A stretch of 64,000 nt of DNA. Origin: Oopsacas minuta (taxonomy: Eukaryota > Animalia > Porifera). The notes beneath the pieces are model-generated. The model was given only the letters and a program-made list of their open reading frames with translations. It searched no databases and had not been told where the DNA came from. The DNA lies in assembly GCA_024704765.1 (NCBI GenBank), contig JAKMXF010000343.1, positions 434,001 through 498,000 of the forward strand. Direction: 5' to 3'. Below are positions 50,670 to 63,854 of the stretch, piece by piece. The first letter of the stretch is position 1. Each line of letters begins with the position of its first letter. A program made the position numbers and the translations under genes.

Positions 50670-51950
50670 ATGAAAAAATCAATATTAGACATCAGATGGT
50701 GGCGCATATCAGCTATAATGATTGTGTTGCTAACTTTATTCGCCCTTGATTTCCTCAGAACTATTCAGCAAGATACACATAGCATGCACTGGCATCAAAC
50801 ATATAATCCGCTTGTAACTACACCAAAAGACAGTATTGTGGATTTACTCCATCGAAACGGTACAGAGCAAGAGAACACTGCATGGAGATGTGTAAATCCT
50901 GATTACATTGGTGATAATGCTAGAACTTCTGTAGCTCTACTAAAAGTACATAAAACTGGGAGTTCAACAATTGGAAGCATTCTATATCGATTTGGAATTC
51001 GTAGAGGGTTAAGTTTTATAATGCCTAAAAAAGTATCTAGTTATGAATATTGGCCAAAAACTATAGATAAGTGTTATCAAGAATTCTACCCTCCTTGTCA
51101 ACAGGGCAGATTTGATATTCTGAATATTCACTCAAGATACAATGGTAGAGATATTCTAACTAAATATATGCGAGAAGATACGTACGTTATAGCACCTCTG
51201 AGACATCCAATGGATCAAATGATATCAGGGCTATATTTTTACGGATTTGTCAATCGGCTTAAAATGATAAGTAAAACAATTGAAGATTTCTTAGAACATC
51301 CTAATATATTAACAGATGAAGATCCTGCAGTAATGTGGTTTATGTGGAACTCAATGTCTTATGACATCGGATTAGACGATTTTGATATACCAAAAGGCGT
51401 TAAAAAATCGTATCTTATAAGTAAACCAAAGTATATTAAGGAAATTGATAGGTTTTTAAATTGGACGGAGGAAAATATTGATTTCTTTTTGATTCGTGAG
51501 AAGTTTGATGAGTCATTGATTCTGTTGAAAGATCGGTTAGGTTGGAGAATGGAAGATTTAGTCTATTTCTCACTGAATACAGCTGCAGAGCCTCCAAAGA
51601 GGAACAGAAGGGATACGAATAGGCTTCGCATTAAAACAGAGGAATTCTCATACATAGATTATCTACTCTATGAGAGGATGAAGCTGAAGCTGGATAGAAT
51701 GATAGAGGAGAAAGGAGCTGAGTTAGAGGTAGAAGTGTCCAAACTGAGAAGTTTGAATAAGGAATTTTCAGAATATTGTCTGGAGAAAGTTGAGGTAGAT
51801 CCAAACCTTCTCGGAGCTGTTAATGTACTCAGCAACAAATTGAAGAACGAGCACAAACATGATAGATGTTGCTTTGAAACGGCTATTGATGAGAAGCCAT
51901 ATTACAACTTTATTAAGGCGTATATGCGTAATTCCTGTAAATTGAGTTGA
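50670..51950 (+). CDS. Galactose-3-O-sulfotransferase family protein, copy E
   Basis: KVHKTGSST, LRHPMDQMIS; intact ORF. Confidence 0.9.
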   Translation: MKKSILDIRWWRISAIMIVLLTLFALDFLRTIQQDTHSMHWHQTYNPLVTTPKDSIVDLLHRNGTEQENTAWRCVNPDYIGDNARTSVALLKVHKTGSSTIGSILYRFGIRRGLSFIMPKKVSSYEYWPKTIDKCYQEFYPPCQQGRFDILNIHSRYNGRDILTKYMREDTYVIAPLRHPMDQMISGLYFYGFVNRLKMISKTIEDFLEHPNILTDEDPAVMWFMWNSMSYDIGLDDFDIPKGVKKSYLISKPKYIKEIDRFLNWTEENIDFFLIREKFDESLILLKDRLGWRMEDLVYFSLNTAAEPPKRNRRDTNRLRIKTEEFSYIDYLLYERMKLKLDRMIEEKGAELEVEVSKLRSLNKEFSEYCLEKVEVDPNLLGAVNVLSNKLKNEHKHDRCCFETAIDEKPYYNFIKAYMRNSCKLS

Positions 51951-52972
51951 ACTGGATTGCCTCATATAATCTATCTACCGAGTTACAATATTAAATAGAC
52001 CATAGACAGAATTGCAAGGGGAATTAACTTTATACAGCATGTTATATTTTATGCGTCAAGTTTGAATATTTGTACCAAAAACACAATGCTCCACCCCCAG
52101 CATTAAACAATCTTGATTATAATATAATTTATGTAAACTTTACAATAATTGTGGAGAGCTGTAAACTTTTCATTTTTGAAAAGCTTAAGAATCTCTAACG
52201 CAGAAAAAACACTGTTTCTATTGATTTGATGATTGTTCATGGTTGGAATATTGACTTCAACCGTATCAAACAGACCACAATCAAGATTAAATAAATTTTT
52301 CTTTAATCTTTCCTCGATTTAATTAATGGAATTTGAGGGTCACATAATAGAGACTAGAACACTATACATAGCCCTGATCGTTGTCCTAATGTCCTTTACT
52401 GGGCTAGGGGGTATAACCTGGGTTAGCACTGGCATAAATATGCAAACGTTCGAGGAAAATGTTCTTTTATACAGGGCATTTAATGCCAGGATAAATTCAA
52501 TGGGACATAATACAAAATATACAGTACGGATCTCGAGTTAAGGTTCATCTAACTGGCATGTGTTTCCAACCGACATCTACTTTATCATAGTCAACTCTCG
52601 TTATATCGAACACGGATACATAGAATACCTGCTTATATAGAAGTATGAAATTGTACAAATCGCGGTCCTAACTTCGGTATAACTGTACATATTATTTAAC
52701 TCAGAATTCAATTAAATTCCAACGCTAAACTCCAAATAACTAAACAAAATATATCGCTACCCAATGAAACAAGATTATTTGTACAATAGAACAACCGAAA
52801 TACATACGTATATCCTACACATGTAATATGATCATAAATGTACTAGACAATGATAATCCAAGTCCTAGTTAACAACTTGTATAAAAATAAATATACGTAT
52901 AATAATGAATAATATCACTCTTCTAGACTATTACAGAACTATCATATTTGAACACTAGCTAAGACAAACACT

Positions 52973-55900
52973 CTACATCTTAATGTTGTGTGCTTTTGCC
53001 ATCAGAACAGCGAAAATAGTTAGTACCATCTTGTTGTTAACTTCTACGATGTCTTCTGGCAGGGCGTACACACGAGCTCCGATCTTTCGGGACATACTGA
53101 TTGCGTATTTAGCGTTCTGCATTCTTTGCTAGATATTAATTCCAAGTAAAGTACTTATAAATTGAACTACCGTTATAACGTGTGCTCTGGACCTGTGGGT
53201 TTCATTACGTTATGCGCGAAGTTTATTATTGAAAGATTTATGAGGTAGAATTCGCATACAACACAAGTGACTAGCCAAATGTTGATTTGACCAGCATTCG
53301 CACCGTAACTTGTACAAAATTTAAATATTTCGAAGTAACAGTCTTAAATCCGCGAATTATCACCTAGCAACTCAATACTCTGTGCAGTTATAATATTCTT
53401 CGAAACCATTATTGATATATCACTACATGACGTATGAGTATCAACAATAAACCATGAACTGTGGTTCGATCCGGAATCAGAATATCAGTTCTTAACCTGA
53501 CCGATGCTTTATAGCTCTGGTGCTATTCAAACGTTACGTAACACTAAAAAGGGATGAGGTAGTATGCGAAGTGTGAAAGACCCATTCTTTTGTATTACAA
53601 AACGGACACAAAGGTGTCAAAATTTGGGGAGTTTTATAGAAGGATTTCGGACAACGGGCAACTCTATTATATCTGACTTTGAATCTCATCGGTGGTATTC
53701 ATTATTTTATGAATTTCTAAACTTTTCTAGTACAATTACTGTTATATTATAAATATTAAATTACCTCCTCATCTGCTCCTGGGAATACGAGGTCATATTT
53801 AATAGCTCCGGGCTTAATACAGTCAATCAGATCTATAACAGGAATAGCTGTAGCAATACTAGCGTCTTTAAAGCTAGTAATCCTTGTCTCTTTCTGGCCC
53901 TCTTCTAACTAACAGGTTAGAAGATTGTGAAATACGTAGATCACCGAAAATACTCAATTAAGTACAGCGGTATCTCGTGAATATAATACGAACGCCGCGC
54001 CAACGGAAAATCAAAATTTGTTCGCTTTATCCGGAATTTGTATTGAACCATGTTCCACTGTATATATACGTATGTCTATTTGTACCAAAAATATATGTAT
54101 GTTACTTCCGAAATGACGTAATGATCATACCTTAGAGTTGACCCAGACAACAATCTCAGCATCTTCTAGCTTCTTACCAGGAGTTATGCTGCTTAGAATC
54201 TTGAGTGTATAAGTCCTCATCATCTGCCATATAAGAGCTATACAAATATGATTACGTAATATACAGTGAGGCCTAGGGTTACGTATTAAGAATATCCTCT
54301 TAAGATGATGAAGTCTCTCTTTATTATAACATAATTTATGGCTGACACTTCACAATAAGCGGATCGACTATCACAGTACTTAGCCAATAAAAATACACTC
54401 GTAGGTACGTACTTTTCTCCGAAACGGATTATCAATTCTTGTATTAATTGTAAAGAATATTCAGGTAAGACGTACTGGTTAGTATGTACTAATTTATTGT
54501 TTCCCGAAAAGGTAAGTCTTATCCGAGTTCTATTGTAAATATACTTGTATGTTGATATGGTATCATAAATTTCATGTATCTGATGGATTTCTTTGGACTT
54601 TAGGGAATCCAAATCCTCCGAAATCCATACTCCATAATCCATCCGGCCCCTCTGGCTCCACGACCTACTATGTCATAGCTCGAAGCACAAAATATTCAAA
54701 CAATAAACTTACCTAAACATAAGGTCTTGTTTTCTGTGTGGATATCATTACCATCAATTCCAATCAATTTCAAATCTAGCTTATGTCCACACTCAATTAC
54801 ATGGTTACAATTCTCAATCTTCTTTATCTTAGAGGAAGGTCCTGAGAATGTTTTTGTTACTTTCTTCCACTCAACTATTCCTGGTTTAATCTTGTCAAAC
54901 AACTAAACAAGAGAGACATAATATTCAACAGCTGAAGGCTACCTTTGACAAGAAAATGAAAATTTTAAATTCTTAATTATATAAAAACGAGGTTTGTGTT
55001 AGCCACGAAAATATTCGAAATAATAGAAAGTTTGTAGGCTATTAGCTATATGTACGATTGTATGTGTACACACGGGAGTGTAATTTTTCGCGGAGAAAAT
55101 TTCGTGGGGACCTTCGCGCCTAGATCTACACAAAACAGGAACAATTTTATTACACAAAAATTTTAGGCGAAAATCTTAGTACTGAATTTCCAAGTAAACG
55201 ATGTTTCAATTCGTTCAACAAAATATTGTGCTACGAATACAAACTTTAACATACTAACCTGTAACAACACTAATCCATCACTCAAATCTGAATATATATT
55301 ATTCACGAAAGGATCTACGCCTAGAGAATTCATCCAGTTTCTAAACGTCTTCTCTTCTCTCTTCTCTCCCATATCATTCATGTCAAAGTCAGGGAGATCA
55401 TCAGGAGGATCAAGAGCTGGATATGTGTTGAAGAGATTGGCTACGAAAGCCATATTCAGTTTCTTATTTCCATTAACAACATCCTATGAACATGAATGTG
55501 AAATAAATGGTAGTTTCCAAGGTTCAATGAATTGAATATATCGTATATACAAACAGATTATCGTATATACTCGAATACAGGAGAGTAAGACCCTCGCTAA
55601 TTAGAACAGCCTGATACCAAGGAATTATAAAGATTCTATCAACTTTATGTAAAGGTTGGATTAGCGAGGGTCTACTGGGGTAGCAGGGATACCCACCTTT
55701 ATTTACAAGCTACAATTCTAGGAAATGCTATAACTACTGAATAAGGGCATAACTATACCTTAGGTCTGACAAACTTCTTACAATCTATTTTGTCAGCCTG
55801 ATTCAGCATCTTACTAGCACGAGTTTCCATATCAACTTCCTAGAACATAACGTGATTATTATTATTATTACGTCATTCTGTTTATAAATTATACATAAAT

Positions 55901-58900
55901 ATTTCAATTACTTACGGATAGAGGAGATTGATCTACTCCAGAACCTGCAGGGGCGACTTGGTTGATTAGATATGTGTAAACCTCTGAATCCTACACAGAA
56001 ATAATCGATAAATAATATTCAGTGTAGCCTAGTTACAGGAACACTAATGGATGGTTAAAATTGTCGTCTTATCCGGAAATTCGTATTAACGAGGTTCCAC
56101 TGAAACATGCTACGTTTTATAATGGAATATCGTTAATACAGAACTTCAGAAAGCCAGTAAATGTCAATCTTCTCCAAAGAGAATCATTCGGTTACTACGA
56201 ATACAGGATAAGAAGATCAGAGTACAAATATCGACGGTCTCTTGCAGGGGTTTTCTAGGAGTTCGGGACCTCCTTTATACTTCAGATTTGAGGAAAAAAT
56301 ATTTAGAAGCATCCGAAACTAACTAATAAGCACAGAATTATACTAATACTATACTACGTCACACTAAAAAGATGGGTAATGTTTGTTCAAAATGGTCATA
56401 GAACAGTTTCACCAAAAATGACGTAAAATATCTGGCCAGTGTGCCCAAGTTTGGTCATATGGTTGCGAAACCCTTGTGTATAACATTAATTGACACCTTT
56501 ATATCAGATGTGAAGTTCTTAATATGTTTCTCAGGATGTCCTGCTTCATCCATCTGGTAATTAACCCAGCGTATTAATAGCTGATCAGGAGGCAGCTTCA
56601 TGAGATCCTGAATAGTCTCTCCTTCTTGTAGGAGACGGAAAAATCCTGGATTACCCTTCAAATCGATTTTAGAGAACAATCCGATCTATAAAGAAGTTAC
56701 AAAAAAGTAGAATAAATGATTGTCAAGTAATCTACGATATCTATATTAATGCAGTATTGATTATTTCCTTATATGGACATTTTGAAAATGGAAAGCTTGA
56801 AGCTTGAAAATATCAAATACTTCAATAAGAGTATCATTATAGTAATATAGATTATAAGTAAAATCTTAACTGGAAATAATCTGCCGCTTATTTCACTAAC
56901 AAACTTAAGATTTGCTTACTTCTATTTGTTTAATGTTTGAGAGTCAAATTTTAGGAGTTCAAGTTAAAGCCACAAATTGTGGACCAGGGATCGAACAGCT
57001 TATAAATCACATTGGATTTTCTTCATATTAACTTTCCACCTCATCGAATAAATTTATAATAAAATACTAAGACAGGACAAGGTCATTTAAACTGGTGACC
57101 GGTCTGGATTGCTGCATTAATATCTCAACCCAAGATTGTTGGAAGATTTTTCAAACTTCGGAATTTTTGAATGTAAAAAAGTGTAAGAAATTGTTGGGAC
57201 TATTGCGTAAAACGTAGTGCTAAAATCTGTATTCTAATTCATTAAATTCAGCTAACCATACCCTAATAACTTGCCAGACAAGCCCTAGAATAAGATGGTG
57301 TGTTCCTGCCATCAAATCCTTAGCTCCAATATTCTGAATACTACAGCCAATAGCAGCTGCACTATTTAATGCAAGATTCTGATTCTCAACAATTGTGAAT
57401 TGATTCAGTTTCCCTTTGTTAATTGCTCGTTCATCTATGGTGCCAGGAATAGCTGTGTTAATCAGTTTACTAGAAAAGTAGAGAATTATAATAAGAATTA
57501 AATCGATAATGTCAATATCCGGTAATTCGAACATTCGCTATCCAGAACAGATTTTGATTACTCCTGAGGGTTCGAGTCACCAGATGTTAGCAGTATTTAA
57601 ATGAAATTCATTGTGTATGATATTTGTGCAACACGAATAAATAAACAACAAATTATTCACTGGATTTCTAACATTAGAAATACAGTAGAGATTCAAACGG
57701 GACCTGGAAATATTTGACTGATGCCAATCAGAGTAATCTGAGTAGACCATGGGTCAACGGGGAAGGATTTCTCGGCCGGTACTTTTCTTGCAGGGACTCT
57801 CATGGAATGGCACTCTTTGAACGGTAACATATTATCCTGTACTAAATTGAGTATCTCGGTTGGCACATTGTGTCTTTCCTGGCTGCTGAATTGGCACTTT
57901 TAGGTGCCCGCCAACCACCTAGATAGACCCCTGTGGGTCAATGGGGCATGGATCATGGGTCACGGTTCGACTCGACTATTTCGAATGACACATTAACACA
58001 TCGCCATGATTAATGGCCGTTTAGGAATTTGGATATATTATCTTATTTTTATACATGTTTGCTGAGTAATTTCGTGGTGTGTCGTGTGATGGGTTAATTG
58101 GTCGCTAATGCAATGGTGACCCATGGTCAACTCTGATGTCAATTGTTAATCAATATTAATATAGATTATAGATACATTGTAACCTCGTTAATATGAACAC
58201 CAACAACACAGTCAAAATTTGTTCGTCTTATCCAGAAATTCGTATTAACGAGGTTCCACTGTAGTTTAAACTCACCATAACATAATACCATTCTCACATG
58301 AAGTGAATAGAGAGTCGTCGTCCTCGTTCATTGGTAGCAGATTTTTGAGATCAGGATCCTCTACCAACAGATAATTTATCCAATCAACGAAAGCATACTT
58401 CTCCTCCTCCGTGAAGCTATGAGTTGTGCCTTCTGCTGAAGCCACTGACGTGCCTCCTGTCTTGACCAGCTTCTTGACTCCCTCAGCTCCTTTCTCTGCC
58501 AGTTTAAACTCCTTTTTGCCTTGCTTTATAGACTTATACATCTACACAATAAGAATATATTATTACTACACGTCTCATGTATACCAATTGAATTTCACGT
58601 CACAATTAAATAATTCCAAATTTCCCCAATTCCACCTGAAAATACTTAAAAAGAATAGAAAATGTTCCTTGATTTTAAATAATTTGTCTTTGTAAGAAGT
58701 AAAGAGAAAATTCGCATATACGTGCTAGAGATCTCAAGCCCTGACCGAGCCTGAGACCCGTTCGGCCGGGCTTAGGGTCTATACTTCAGGGTTCCGAATA
58801 AACTGGCGATTAAATTTTGAAATAATTTCCTTAAATTCCTTTTATTTAATTAAAATCATCATTAAAGGAATTAATCACAATTTCGGACTGTACGATAGGG

Positions 58901-60448
58901 TTAATTCATTTTCCATTCAATTTTAGAAAATATTCTAAACCATGTTGTAGGCATACGCCGGGCAGGGCCAAAATATAACAAGATGAAATCTGGCCACATT
59001 TTTGCTATTTACAACTATGAGGATTGGGAAATACTGTCATGTTATTGATGTAAAATTGAGATCGGGATTAACACACAAATCTCGGGATATAAGCATTCAA
59101 TATAAATGTATGAGAGTTAATTCCCATAACTAAAATGTCAGAAATTGAATAGGACAGATAATTGTGAATAATTATGTGTAAATATATGCTAAAATCACAT
59201 ACATATACATTTTACACAACACAATGTGATCCCATTCACTCTCCACGAGACAAATTAATAAATGGAAGCTCAATTATGAATAGGACATACACACATATGA
59301 CGTACTCACAATGAGAATATCCAATAGTACATGTACTACGTACTATCCTCATTACACGCTTATCATATCATGGAACTAGAATACAGTGTAGAATAGAATG
59401 TAAAACATATATCCCAGAAGAATCTCTATAACGAATCTAACCCTTCAAAAGAACGCGAGTAGAAATTGAGAATAATAAAGCCATGCAATATATCCAACTT
59501 ATGTTGGGTTAGGCAGACTTACAGTGAATGTTACAGCTAAACAGCTGGAAAACCACGCACATATTAGAATTGATACTGAATTATTTATAAAAATAAGATA
59601 TTGTTGCAGGAAACACGAATAAAATAATATAACTTATTAGGGAAATGGTGGGAATTTTGGGATAGTTATCCATGCAAATGTTAAGAATTTAATATAAAGT
59701 GTGAAGTCACCCCTCTGCCTCAATAATATGCGACTAATGATACTTGGACATTTCGTCACCAGATAATTCGTCCAAACCTTTCGCCAGTCAGATAGTCCCT
59801 GGATTAGAATAGTACATAAATCTGTACTATTCTAATTGTAAGCACTGTAGGGTAAACGTATCTTAAGTGACATCGTGACGTCATTATCATAGACATATTG
59901 TAATTAAATTACAAGTTCATTGATCTAGGAACCTAGCATGAACTTTCTATGTACTCTTGAATTTGGCATGCACATGCGCCGAATCTGGGGCGCAGGGTAG
60001 ACCTGGATCGTTCAAGTAGTTAGAAAGTTCGGCGCCATTGTGGACACGAACTTCTATTAACTTTCAACTTGTGTGTCTAATACATTCTGGTTAAACTGAA
60101 TACGTTCAAGACAAAAAAATTGACGTACTACCGTCTGTGTGAAAGGGTCTATGTAATGTAATTTAGTAAATATTCTAACCTGTAAAAACTCATTAAACTC
60201 AACAGTCCCATTCATGTCTTTATCCACCTCCTTGATCATTTCCCGTACCTCGTAGCCTGGTACGTGTTCTCCAAGTGCTTTGAAGAGATTTGTAATTTCA
60301 AGACATGTGATGTGTCCGTTACCATCTGCATCATACTTTGGGAAGAAATATTAAATTAAGAATTATAAGTAAAGAGCAGTGAACTTACCAATTCGAATTG
60401 AGTTTTGATTTCAGACAACTCCCCTTCAGTAAAATCTGAAACGGCCAT
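52973..60448 (-). CDS. PLS: Plastin/fimbrin (EF-hands plus four CH domains), about 12 exons
   Basis: [11 protein letters not shown] (exon 60448-60389, 53-nt intron), [22 protein letters not shown] (60335-60180), [91 protein letters not shown]; stop at 52973. Confidence 0.95.
53965..54060. mobile_element. Tigger/pogo-like mini MITE in a plastin intron
   Basis: TA-flanked; CAGCGGTATCTCG...GTTCCACTG; same family as 58175-58261. Confidence 0.55.
58175..58261. mobile_element. Tigger/pogo-like mini MITE, 87 bp
   Basis: TIRs CATTGTAACCTCGTTAATATGAA / TTCGTATTAACGAGGTTCCACTG with TA on both sides; a half copy lies at about 56065-56102. Confidence 0.75.
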
Positions 60449-61329
60449 TGCTAATTTCAAAATAAAACACAGTAATGGAAAAGAGAATATGAAATTTGTA
60501 CGGTAGTTCTATAAGAATGTTTCTAGTTGCTAGAAACAGAAGTGGTGTCATGGAATGTGTTTATAGGCGTGCAATAGCTTTTCGTATAATTCTTCTAGCG
60601 GGTGGAATATTACGCCATATTGAAACTAGATTACCCCTTAGAGATAATCGATAGATCAAAGATCTGTGTTTGATGTGAACAACTTACGAGACAATAATAT
60701 CGTATTCCTAATTCATTTGATATATTAAAATAGATAATTTGGTTCAAAATCCAATTAGAGGTAAGAAATAGAGAAAAGTTATAAATCCTAATTCAAATAC
60801 CTAATATCCACTATTTATATGATAGATCAATAATCCGCCCATACCATACAATGAACTCGATAGGAATCTATAGGATAACCTTGAATGACAGTGTTCAATC
60901 GATGAACATGCCAGTAAGAGAACTCGACTCAAATCTTTATCTTTTATGGTAAAAGTGAAAAGCAAAACTTATTACAACAATAAGCCTACTGCTGAGCCAT
61001 AATAAGGCTTTTCATAATGTTATTTCTTAAAAACACCAAAGAAGGTAATATAAGAAGAATCTGATAATTGAAGTATCATATTATTCTAAGAAAATAGATT
61101 ATACTGTAAATCATAGCTGAGATTTATAATCAGTGGACTAGGGCCAGTAATCAGAGGTTCTAAATAAATACTATAGTAAGCATGAGATCACTCAAACGTA
61201 ATGGAACCAAAATTCCATAAATGTCAACATCCGGTAACTCGAGCCACAGGGTAAATCAAATTCCGTTCGAGATAGCGAATGACCTCGATCCATTTAATAA
61301 ATAGTGTCAATAACGTTTAATGATAGAGA

Positions 61330-61930
61330 TCAATAAATGTTGTAAGTGATATAATGAATAATAAAAGAATTTAGTATTACAATAGAGAACTGATTTCATT
61401 CAAGATAGAATAGTCAATAGCAGTGTTCTCGCTAGGCCTTTTTGGGGGGGGGCGCAGCCACCCCTTATTGTGATTATGCACCCCCCTATCGTGCCTAAAT
61501 AGACATAGTGTACCCCTCTATCATGGATAAACAGTGTTATATATTCACCCAAAAAACGGGCCATCATCTTCTTTTTCCTTAAGGGTGTATTTTTACGCGT
61601 ATTGTGCACAGAGTGTGTACGGCGCACCCCCTATTACATAATCCTGACGAGAACACTGGTCAATAGGGAGGTCACCTTCATCGTTTGATACATCTACATA
61701 ACTCTCGTAACTAAGGAGAGTCTCTACACATTCCAATACACCACTAGCAACAGCTAGATGCAGTGCAGTGTTACCTACCATATCCATCCTGTAAATTGAT
61801 TATTCCCTCATCACCAGATGATTGAGACAGTTGTTATTTTGATTATTATTTTGAACAGAATTTTCGCTTTTACAGGTAATCACTTATAGTATTCCAAAAA
61901 CTTTCAGTTCAAAACCAGGTAGATTTTATG
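61330..61930 (-). pseudogene. Inverted, internally deleted copy of the neighbouring ankyrin gene
   Basis: The reverse complement matches about 62695-62810 joined directly to about 63645-63880 (DGxGNTALHLAVASGVLECVE.LLSY); interrupted by a MITE. Confidence 0.8.
61421..61658. mobile_element. hAT MITE, 238 bp
   Basis: TIRs CAGTGTTCTCGCTAGG / CCTGACGAGAACACTG; exact 8-bp TSD GTCAATAG. Confidence 0.85.
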
Positions 61931-62833
61931 AATATTATCTGTTTTGCTTAGCCATCATACAATCTATAATTATCTATGATAGTTAATAGGGCGTGAGGTT
62001 ACCATAGCATAATTTAATGTAGCACTTTCAGATTAATTTAATAATGTTTAGTAATATTAAAAAGTTCAAGAAACAACAAATTAATCTCCTAATGTACCTA
62101 TGTATTGAATGATTATGAGAGAAATATTTGGTCATTGTGAAGAACGACACAAAACTCTATTATACATACCTACCAACCCTTTGTAACTGTATCCCTTGGA
62201 TATCTTCCTCGGAATCCCCGTATTTCTATTTTTCTATACTAATTACAGTAGAGTTTCATTAATACGAACACGGTTAACAGCCACACCGCTTCCTACGGCT
62301 ATGCCACTTCATACATACAGGAACCATTATCAATTTGAATAATTACAACGACATCAGTTAGCCTCAACTCTAACCAGAAAACTTTCCCCAAATTGTCGAA
62401 TTTAATCAACTGTTGACGTATAATAAATAGTAAGAGTCGTGTTAACTATGTTAAAGTCAAATATACTGAATACATCTTGGTAATGTATCATTAGTAGCAA
62501 CGTGTACCTCCTCCATTAACCATTACTAAGGTACATTTTAGGGGTAAACATTTGTTGTAGAAATTTCCCATTTTTCTCCAATAATTAATTGAAATGAATG
62601 TATTTTAAGGAAAATTAAATCCTTTTACACCTCACAATGAAAGTACATAAAATTAGATAAGTGTAAATATAGCCTATTGTATTTCAAGCAAGACATAATT
62701 CTACCTAGTTTTTGAACTAAAAGTTTTTGGAAATAATTGGAAATTTTGGAATAAAAGTGATTATCTTATAAAAGCAAAATTCTGTTCGAATAATAATCAA
62801 AACAACAAAGTTTCCTACAATGAATACTAACAC

Positions 62834-63854
62834 ATGCTTATATATTGGGATAGCCTACATAAAGAAGATTATACTACAAGTATTTACAGAAAATCACGCA
62901 TTAATACAGTTGATTCCAAGAACAACTCTACAACAGACACAGTTATTACAGATGTATTGAGAAAGTATGGTGAACAGTTCTTATCCTACTGCAGAACAGG
63001 AAATATATTCTATCTGAACGCTATTCCCTCTCACATCTCACTCTCATTCTCTACGTCAGAGATAATAAGAACAACTCAGCACTAACTCTATCTGTCATAC
63101 ATCAGGACACAATCACATTACAATATATCATACGCACTTTGTCTGATGCTTCCAACTCAATCTCTTACAATTATCTACAACACTATAATATGAATGGACA
63201 CACAGCTCTACACTTGAGTCTCCTGTTCAAGACAAACAGATGGTGAAGACACTGATAGAGACAGGCTGCGACCCTCTGTTAACAGATGGAGAGGGACATA
63301 ATGCACTACACTATGTAGCTGCTCACAACTTAACTGAGTTTAGTAGTGTCATTTACTCTTCACTCTTGTTCAGACACAAACACATCTACAAGAATGAAAA
63401 CAGCAGCAATAGAACACAAGAAATAGAGCTATCACTTCTTTCACATAAAGACTATGAAGGAATGACTCCAATACATATAGCTACACAACACGGAGTAGTG
63501 TTGATGATAGAATTGTTGTATCCCAATCAATCAATAAGTGAATCAGAGCTAGTAGAGAGTTTAACTGTGTTAACAGGTAAGAGTAAATCTAGTGTACTCC
63601 ATCTGGCCGTGACTACTGGTAATGCTATGCTAGTGGAACATATCTCACAACTGTCTCAATCATTTGGTGATCAGGGATTAATCAATCTACAGGATGGATA
63701 TGGCAACACTGCACTGCATCTAGCTGTTGCTAGTGGTGTATTGGAATGTGTAGAGATTCTCCTTAGTTACGGGAGTTATGTAGATGTATCAAACGATGAA
63801 AGTGACCTCCCTATTGACTATTCTATCTCGAATGAAATCAGTTCTCTATTGTAA
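62834..63854 (+). pseudogene. Intronless ankyrin-repeat gene with at least two frameshifts
   Basis: ORF 62834-63085, a second frame (VRDNKNNSALTLSV...NMNGHTALHLSL) and ORF 63240-63854 (GHNALHYVA, GMTPIHIAT, GNTALHLAV) are not in one frame; either a pseudogene or sequence errors. Confidence 0.7.

Noticed and set aside
52326-54642. Short ORFs 52326-52541 (+) and 54286-54642 (-, in a plastin intron)
   Set aside because: No motifs or splice support; lengths compatible with chance.
56960-57600. GTTCGA T-loop-like motifs (near 56985 and 57570; also 9050 and 53465)
   Set aside because: No cloverleaf or A-box can be formed, so no tRNA is called.
57739-58136. Possible hAT-like element with GACCATGGGTCA subterminal motifs
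   Set aside because: TIRs are degenerate and there is no TSD; probably an old TE, not enough to list as a feature.
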